In this document: positions 49,308-55,025 of the stretch, piece by piece | Layout: each line of letters opens with the position of its first letter | How positions within the stretch are numbered: position 1 is the stretch's first letter | Assembly (NCBI GenBank): GCA_905478465.1 | Contig: CAJQIN010000017.1 | Coordinates: 1-55,025, forward strand | Direction: 5' to 3' | Origin: Minisyncoccota bacterium | GTDB taxonomy: Bacteria > Patescibacteriota > Minisyncoccia > Phycocordibacterales > CAJQIN01 | DNA length: 55,025 nucleotides | Made by a program: the position numbers and the translations under genes | Notes under the pieces: generated by a model | Told to the model about the DNA's origin: nothing | Database searches by the model: none | What the model saw: only the letters and a program-made list of their open reading frames with translations

Positions 49308-49763
49308 TCAGGCAAGAGCTTCTTCTACGAGCTCTTTTACAAGTGTTCCATCTGCATTACCAGCGGTTTCTTTCATCACAGCACCAATTAGCATTCCCAT
49401 TTTTGTTTTGTCAGTTACACCCATCTCTTCTTTCTTTTGAAGAACTATTTTTTGTATATCTTCTCGGCTCATAAGCTCAGGAAGAAACACGTCTAAAATA
49501 GCAAGTTCTTCTTTCTCTGATTCAGCAAGTTCTGGTCGACCACCTTTGATAAATTGTTCAATAGAATCTTTTCTTTTATTAGCTTCTCGTTTAATGACTG
49601 CTAAGGCAGCTGCATCAGAGATTTCACTTTGTGGAGTTCCTCCTTTCGAAACAAGGTCATTAACAAAAGCGGTAGACAGACCTCGAAGTACGGAAAGACG
49701 AACGGTTTCTTTGGCACGCATAGCATCTTTAATACTTTCTTTAATTTGTGATTGTAGGGACAT
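49308..49763 (-). CDS. GatB/YqeY domain protein
   Basis: IKDAMRAK...LR, KRKDSIEQF..GGR.ELA..E..EL, MG..IG.VM. Confidence 0.92.
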   Translation of the reverse strand: MSLQSQIKESIKDAMRAKETVRLSVLRGLSTAFVNDLVSKGGTPQSEISDAAALAVIKREANKRKDSIEQFIKGGRPELAESEKEELAILDVFLPELMSREDIQKIVLQKKEEMGVTDKTKMGMLIGAVMKETAGNADGTLVKELVEEALA

Positions 49764-49834
49764 AAAAAATTACATTAAGGATAATTATCTGATGTCATTC
49801 ATCATATCATAGACATCTGATATACTAAGTGTAT

Positions 49835-50872
49835 ATGGATATATTTATTGTTGTATTATTAGCTACGGTGCTTTTGTTACTAGGAATCATCCTGTTACAG
49901 TCAAATAAGAAAGATGGATCTTCTTCTGAGAGCTCATCTATGTTGCTACAGCAATTAAATGAACTATCCAAAACAGTTGACCAGAAGATGGGTGATGCTA
50001 ATAAACAAGTGAACGAAACACTTCGTTTTCAATTTAAGGACTCTCAAGATCTCATAAAAGAAATTACTAAGGAAATAACAGAGGTAAAAGAAGTTGGTCG
50101 TCAGACAGCATCTATTGCTGAACAATTGAAGTCTTTAGAGGATATTTTAAAAAATCCAAAACAGCGTGGAGTATTAGGTGAGTACTATCTGGAAACTCTT
50201 TTAAAGAATACTCTTCCCCCAGAAAGTTATGAAATGCAGTATGGATTTGCTAACGGAGAAATGGTTGATGCTGTAGTTTTTGTGAAAGATAAAATAATTC
50301 CAGTGGATTCAAAATTCTCTTTAGAAAACTACAATCGTTTTGTGGAAGAAAAAGATGGAAAAGAAAAAGATCGTCTAGAGAAGCTTTTCGTATCTGATTT
50401 GAAAATGCGTGTACAGGAAACTTCAAAATATATTCGTCCAGAAGAGGGGACGCTAGACTTTGCCTTTATGTTTATTCCACATGAGGCAATTTACTATGAC
50501 CTTCTTACTAATAAAATTGGAGAAACGGGATCTGAGGAGTCTATAATACAGAGAGCTGCTCATAAGCATAAAGTTATTATTGTTTCTCCGACATCTTTTT
50601 TGGCATACCTTCAAACAGTTCTTCAGGGATTGAAAGCTATGCAGATTGAAGAGAAAGCACAAGATATTATTAAACGTGTTGCAGAGTTAAATAGACATAT
50701 TTCAGCTTATGAGAAATACCACCAATCTTTAGGCAAATCTTTGAATACCACTGTAAATCACTACAATAAGACAGGGTCTGAATTAAAGAAAATAGATAAG
50801 GATGTTCTTCGAATAACGGGTGATGCTATAGGGGTTGAAATAGAAGAGATTGAAAACCCTGAAATAGAATAG
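49835..50872 (+). CDS. rmuC: DNA recombination protein RmuC
   Basis: TM, coiled coil, PKQRGVLGE, VDSKF, KYI.P..GT.DFAFMFIP.E, SPT. Confidence 0.93.
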   Translation: MDIFIVVLLATVLLLLGIILLQSNKKDGSSSESSSMLLQQLNELSKTVDQKMGDANKQVNETLRFQFKDSQDLIKEITKEITEVKEVGRQTASIAEQLKSLEDILKNPKQRGVLGEYYLETLLKNTLPPESYEMQYGFANGEMVDAVVFVKDKIIPVDSKFSLENYNRFVEEKDGKEKDRLEKLFVSDLKMRVQETSKYIRPEEGTLDFAFMFIPHEAIYYDLLTNKIGETGSEESIIQRAAHKHKVIIVSPTSFLAYLQTVLQGLKAMQIEEKAQDIIKRVAELNRHISAYEKYHQSLGKSLNTTVNHYNKTGSELKKIDKDVLRITGDAIGVEIEEIENPEIE

Positions 50873-51004
50873 GAAGTTTTTAGACCTAATCCAGGACTAT
50901 TTTATGTAAATTTCTGTGTTTGACACTGGAAAAAGGTACTTTATCTAGGGACTGTTAATTGGGCTTGCAAATCTCTGTAATTCAGTTATTATATTGCGAT
51001 ATAT

Positions 51005-51454
51005 ATGGCAACAACAAAAACAACACCAAAAAAAACTGAAGTAGCTGAAAAGAAAGTTACAGCTACCAAAAAACCAGCAACTACTCCAAAGAAAGTGGTA
51101 AAAAAAGCTGTGAAGAAAACAGAGGTAGATATGTCAAAAGATTATGCTATTTTTGAAACAGGAGGAAGGCAGTATGGTGTACAGGTTGGAGATACTATTA
51201 AAATAGAGAAACTTATCGGTTCATACGAAGAAGGTTCCTCAGTTACATTTGATAAAGTACTTTTTGTTGATAACGGAGCAGATACAACTATTGGTGACCC
51301 GTATATCAAGGGTGCAAGTATTGTATGTGATATAAAATCTATTGCTCGTGCCCGAAAGGTGAGTGTTGTAAAATATAAAGCAAAAAGTAGATACTTCAAA
51401 AGAAACGGACATCGACAACCATTTTTTGAACTTACCATTACTGCTATAAAATAA
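51005..51454 (+). CDS. rplU: 50S ribosomal protein L21 with Lys/Thr/Ala-rich N-terminal extension
   Basis: YAIFETGGRQY.V, IG.PY, GHRQ. Confidence 0.94.
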   Translation: MATTKTTPKKTEVAEKKVTATKKPATTPKKVVKKAVKKTEVDMSKDYAIFETGGRQYGVQVGDTIKIEKLIGSYEEGSSVTFDKVLFVDNGADTTIGDPYIKGASIVCDIKSIARARKVSVVKYKAKSRYFKRNGHRQPFFELTITAIK

Positions 51455-51480
51455 AAAAACACCCAAAGGGTGTTTTTTTA
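51454..51480. terminator. bidirectional terminator between rplU and recR
   Basis: AAAAAAACACCC-AAA-GGGTGTTTTTTT. Confidence 0.8.
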
Positions 51481-52074
51481 TTTTCTATTATTTAGTGCGT
51501 TCTCTAGTGTCTCTTTGTCAGAATATTCAATTTCTGTTCCTGTGGATAGTCCTCGTCCAAGAATAGTAAGCTTGATGTTAAAAGAATCTAATTCCTTCTT
51601 TAGAAAATCAGCAGTGTTATCTCCTTCGGGTGTTGCGTTCATGGCAATGATGATTTCTTTGGGTACTTGTTTTTCTATACGTCTTTTGAGTTCGCTAAGA
51701 CGAATTCTTTTTTGGGGATCTTTTTCAACAACTGGAAGATTCCCTCCTAGAATAAAATAAAGACCGTGATACAGGTGACTTTTTTCCATGGCTTCCAAGT
51801 CTGTATCTTTCTCTAAGACCATGAGCAAGTCGTTATTTCGTGTGGCATCTTTTACAATAGGGTGAAGTGTTTCTGTTGTATCATGCGAATAAAAATAAGC
51901 ATAGCTTTCTGTGCATAAACGAACGTGGCTTTTTAAGTTTTTTATCTCTTCTGCAAGAGAGTTAAGATAATAATCCTCTTTAGACAAAAGGGCATAAACG
52001 ACTCGTTTTGCTTGACGAGGCCCTATGCCTGGAAATTGAGAAATAAGCTGTGTGAGACTTTCTATAGATTGCAT
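51478..52074 (-). CDS. recR: recombination protein RecR, degenerate Zn finger
   Basis: PGIGPRQAKR, YHGLYFILGG, EIIIAMNATPEGDNTA, LGRGL..G.EIEY.D..TL. Confidence 0.92.
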   Translation of the reverse strand: MQSIESLTQLISQFPGIGPRQAKRVVYALLSKEDYYLNSLAEEIKNLKSHVRLCTESYAYFYSHDTTETLHPIVKDATRNNDLLMVLEKDTDLEAMEKSHLYHGLYFILGGNLPVVEKDPQKRIRLSELKRRIEKQVPKEIIIAMNATPEGDNTADFLKKELDSFNIKLTILGRGLSTGTEIEYSDKETLENALNNRK

Positions 52075-52083
52075 TTTTGTATA

Positions 52084-53463
52084 TTAAAAATTATCAAAAT
52101 CTTTACTTCCTCCATCAGCATGACCACCATCAATATCATTAAAGGAAGACTTGTCAGTATCAAAGTAAAGCTCCACTCGTCCGGTCGGACCATTTCTGTG
52201 TTTTTCGATCATAATTTCAGTTAAGTTTTGTCGTCCACCACTATCTTCGTCTTTTTCTCTGTGAATAAACATAACAACATCCGCATCTTGTTCGATAGAA
52301 CCAGAGTCTCGAAGGTCAGAAAGTCTAGGTTTTCCTCCTCGACTTTCTACAGCACGAGAAAGCTGTGATAATGCTAGGACTGGAACATTAAGCTCACGAG
52401 CAAGTGATTTTAGGGATCTAGAAATTTCAGTTACTTGTTGCACCATGTTGTCACTATTTTTGCTGTTAGTGGGGCTCATGAGCTGTAGGTAGTCCACAAC
52501 AATAAGCCCTAGACCTTTTTCACTCTTGAGTCTTCGTGCTACTGATCGCATTTTAAGGATATTATTTCCCGGTTGATCATCTATATAAATAGGAGCCTTA
52601 GATAATGCCTCAAGTGAATCACGAATACGTGCAAAATCTTCTTCAGCTGTTAGTTTTCCTGTGCGTAATTTCCAAGCATCTACTTTTGACTCTGCTGCAA
52701 GCATACGATCAACGAGTTGTTGGGAACTCATTTCAAGAGAAAATATTCCTACAGGAATGTTGTGCTTCATGGCAGCCTGGCGCGCGATGTCTAGCGCAAG
52801 TGCTGTTTTTCCTGTTGATGGTCTAGCCGCGAGAATAATGAGATCTGAATTTTGAAGACCTGAAAGTTTATTATCCAGACCTGTAAATCCTGTTGGTACT
52901 CCACGCAGGCCGTCTTCTTCGTTGTGTAATTTGTCAATTCTTTCCCAAGCATCACCAAGAATAGAACGAACGTCAACAAATTTATGTAATGTTGAAAAGT
53001 TTGTGACTTCAAAAATAGATTTCTCAGCACTGTCTAGAATGTAGTCTAGATCTTGAGACTCATCGTATCCTAAGAGTGAAATTGATTCAGATGCTTCGAT
53101 AAGTTTACGCATCATATATTTTTTTTGAATAATGTGTGCGTAATGTTCTGCGTTTGAAGAAGAGGGTACAGAGTTTACTAATTCTGTTAGATAACTACTT
53201 CCTCCGATACTTTCAAGACGTTTCTTTTCTTTCAGTTTTGAAGAGAGGGTAAGAAGGTCAATGGGCTCGCTTTTTCCAAAAAGCTCAAGCATCGCATCAT
53301 AGATAATCTTATGTTTTGCTGAGTAAAATCCTTGAGAGGGGACAATGTCCATAACTTCGTAGAGGACCTCAGGACGGAGCATTATGGACCCTAAAAAGGC
53401 CATTTCAGCATCAATACTTTGTGGTGGTATACGAAGTTCTTTCTTGTGGGATGTGTCTGTCAT
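52084..53463 (-). CDS. dnaB: replicative DNA helicase
   Basis: PPQSIDAE, AARPSTGKT, SLEM, DYLQL, SQLSR, DLRDSGSIEQDAD, KHRNGPTG. Confidence 0.97.
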   Translation of the reverse strand: MTDTSHKKELRIPPQSIDAEMAFLGSIMLRPEVLYEVMDIVPSQGFYSAKHKIIYDAMLELFGKSEPIDLLTLSSKLKEKKRLESIGGSSYLTELVNSVPSSSNAEHYAHIIQKKYMMRKLIEASESISLLGYDESQDLDYILDSAEKSIFEVTNFSTLHKFVDVRSILGDAWERIDKLHNEEDGLRGVPTGFTGLDNKLSGLQNSDLIILAARPSTGKTALALDIARQAAMKHNIPVGIFSLEMSSQQLVDRMLAAESKVDAWKLRTGKLTAEEDFARIRDSLEALSKAPIYIDDQPGNNILKMRSVARRLKSEKGLGLIVVDYLQLMSPTNSKNSDNMVQQVTEISRSLKSLARELNVPVLALSQLSRAVESRGGKPRLSDLRDSGSIEQDADVVMFIHREKDEDSGGRQNLTEIMIEKHRNGPTGRVELYFDTDKSSFNDIDGGHADGGSKDFDNF

Positions 53464-53590
53464 ATATGATTAGTATTATACAGAAAAACCTGCATATCAC
53501 CTTGAGTATTACTTGTGTGTAAGGTGTGTATAAAAAAATGGCCTAGAATGGTTCTATATGTTAATTTCTATTTAGAAAGAGGTGATTATC

Positions 53591-53851
53591 ATGTTATTAA
53601 GATTAAAATCGTGGCTCGAGAGTCTTCTGAAAGCTACGTGTGAGTTCGTAACATTAGTCATTTTATTTGTATTATTTTTATGTACCTGCGGTTTTAGTGA
53701 TTGGTATTCTGATGAGGCTGATTATCCTTCGTACTATCGTGGAAAAAAGAAATGGTATTCGATGTTTGTTCAAACTTGGAATTTTATATTATTTGCTTTT
53801 TATTTTGTTTTTTCAAAAAACACAAAAGGAAAAAGGGATATAAATTTTTAG
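53591..53851 (+). CDS. small hypothetical membrane protein
   Basis: AAAGAGGTG SD upstream, two hydrophobic segments, shared terminator downstream. Confidence 0.5.
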   Translation: MLLRLKSWLESLLKATCEFVTLVILFVLFLCTCGFSDWYSDEADYPSYYRGKKKWYSMFVQTWNFILFAFYFVFSKNTKGKRDINF

Positions 53852-53881
53852 TTTATTAGATGTAAACGTGAATACTTTTTC

Positions 53882-53916
53882 AAAAACACCCGTATTTTAT
53901 TTATCGGGTGTTTTTT
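53882..53916. terminator. bidirectional terminator after cysS
   Basis: AAAAACACCCG...CGGGTGTTTTTT. Confidence 0.7.
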
Positions 53917-53920
53917 ATAG

Positions 53921-55024
53921 CTATTTTTCTACAACCTCTTGTCCTGTAGGGGTATCTTTTATTTCTAAACCTTGAGCTTCAATTTTCTCACGAAGTTCAT
54001 CTGATAATTTCCAGTTTTTTTCTTGGCGGGCCTTTAGTCGTTTACCAAGAAGTGTTTGTACTTCTGGAGATATTTGGACATCATTAGTTTCTAAATTACA
54101 TAGATCTAGCCCAAGAACTTTGTCTATGTCAAAAATTGTTGCTTTTTTATCCGCACCAGTAATATCTGTGTCTTTTAGTATCTCCCATAATAGCGCTATT
54201 GTACGAGATGTATCAAGGTCATCAGCAATAAGCTTTTTGGCTTGTGCTACATAGCGATCGTTAATTTTCCCTTTGGGTGGATATTTTTTGAGGATATTTG
54301 ATAGTCTGAATAATGCGGTTTCAGATGCTTTAAGTGCTTGCCAGCTAAATGCGAGAGGGGAGCGGTAATGTGCCGTGAGTACGAAATATCGATAAGCAAG
54401 AGGGTGAATATGTTTATCCAGGATACTTTGTATTCGAAGGAAGTTGTCTTTTGATTTTGACATTTTTTCTCCTTCGGTAATAAGAAATTCTCCATGAAGC
54501 CAGAATTGTGCAAATTGTTTTCCTGTAACTCCTTCCGATTGTGCTATTTCATTATTATGATGGATGGCGATATGATCCACACCTCCGGTGTGTATGTCTA
54601 TCTGTTCACCCAAAATTTTCATTACCATTGCAGAACACTCTATATGCCAACCTGGAAAACCAATACCCCAGGGAGAATCCCATTCTTGTTGTCGTTTTTC
54701 AATTCCTGAAAATTTCCATAGAGCAAAATCTGTGGGATTTTTTTTCTCAGGATTAGATTTTACACGAGCGCCTTCTTTGAGCCCTTTCAGGTTGGTACCC
54801 CCGAGTTCTCCGTATGTAGGAAATTTTTTAGTATTAAAATATATACCATCAGATGTTTTGTAAGTGTAGCCTTTTTGTTCAAGTTTTTGGATTAGAGATA
54901 TTTGTTCTTTGATAAAATTGGTGGCTCGTGGGAAGATAACGGATTTTTTTTCAATATGTAATGTGTCTAAATCATTAAAGAACTGTTGAGTATAAAAAGT
55001 ACTAATTTCTTCTGCTGTTTTACC
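53921..55024 (-). CDS. cysS: cysteine--tRNA ligase, 5' part outside the window
   Basis: Frame open to the window end: DFALWK, WDSPWG.GFPGWHIECSAM, DIHTGG.DH...HH.NEIAQS, KMSKS. Confidence 0.96.
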   Translation of the reverse strand, partial: GKTAEEISTFYTQQFFNDLDTLHIEKKSVIFPRATNFIKEQISLIQKLEQKGYTYKTSDGIYFNTKKFPTYGELGGTNLKGLKEGARVKSNPEKKNPTDFALWKFSGIEKRQQEWDSPWGIGFPGWHIECSAMVMKILGEQIDIHTGGVDHIAIHHNNEIAQSEGVTGKQFAQFWLHGEFLITEGEKMSKSKDNFLRIQSILDKHIHPLAYRYFVLTAHYRSPLAFSWQALKASETALFRLSNILKKYPPKGKINDRYVAQAKKLIADDLDTSRTIALLWEILKDTDITGADKKATIFDIDKVLGLDLCNLETNDVQISPEVQTLLGKRLKARQEKNWKLSDELREKIEAQGLEIKDTPTGQEVVEK

Positions 55025-55025
55025 T

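Noticed and set aside
54940-54955. T8 homopolymer as a frameshift in cysS
   Set aside because: The frame stays open through it (HIEKKSVIFPRAT); the short ORF-track call only reflects the start lying outside the window.
1-55025. Alternative genetic code (TGA=Gly) as in Gracilibacteria/Absconditabacteria
   Set aside because: Conserved genes are full-length in code 11, and TGA acts as a stop (e.g. proS 35363-65, in ATGA overlaps).

Overview
AT-rich bacterial chromosome segment using genetic code 11. Gene content and organisation suggest a Patescibacteria/CPR (Parcubacteria-like) genome, which is an inference. Most of the window is housekeeping: gpmI, truB, class I aldolase, a MacAB-like exporter, radC, fmt/def/priA, murA, two mreB, frr, rseP, minor pilins, proS, mreC/mrdA, greA, lysS, the mraZ-rsmH-ftsL-ftsI-murF cluster, recR, dnaB and partial cysS. 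The notable region is an ~8.65-kb integrated element (12880-21530) carrying a large serine recombinase, an Xis-like HTH protein, a Bro-N protein, a rolling-circle-type Rep and cargo. It sits in the 3' end of a tRNA-Asn(GTT) gene that is interrupted by a 350-nt group I intron inside the anticodon. The crossover lies inside the recombinase gene, so the integrated gene ends in antisense tRNA/intron sequence. What looks like its displaced C-terminus (a 35-codon open frame) is present twice, as 109-bp direct repeats bracketing a copper-resistance-type cassette. This suggests an integrase whose C-terminus switches on excision, with a nested cargo unit that could be left behind. murF is split by an apparent 1-bp deletion. 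All calls were made by eye; no searches were run.
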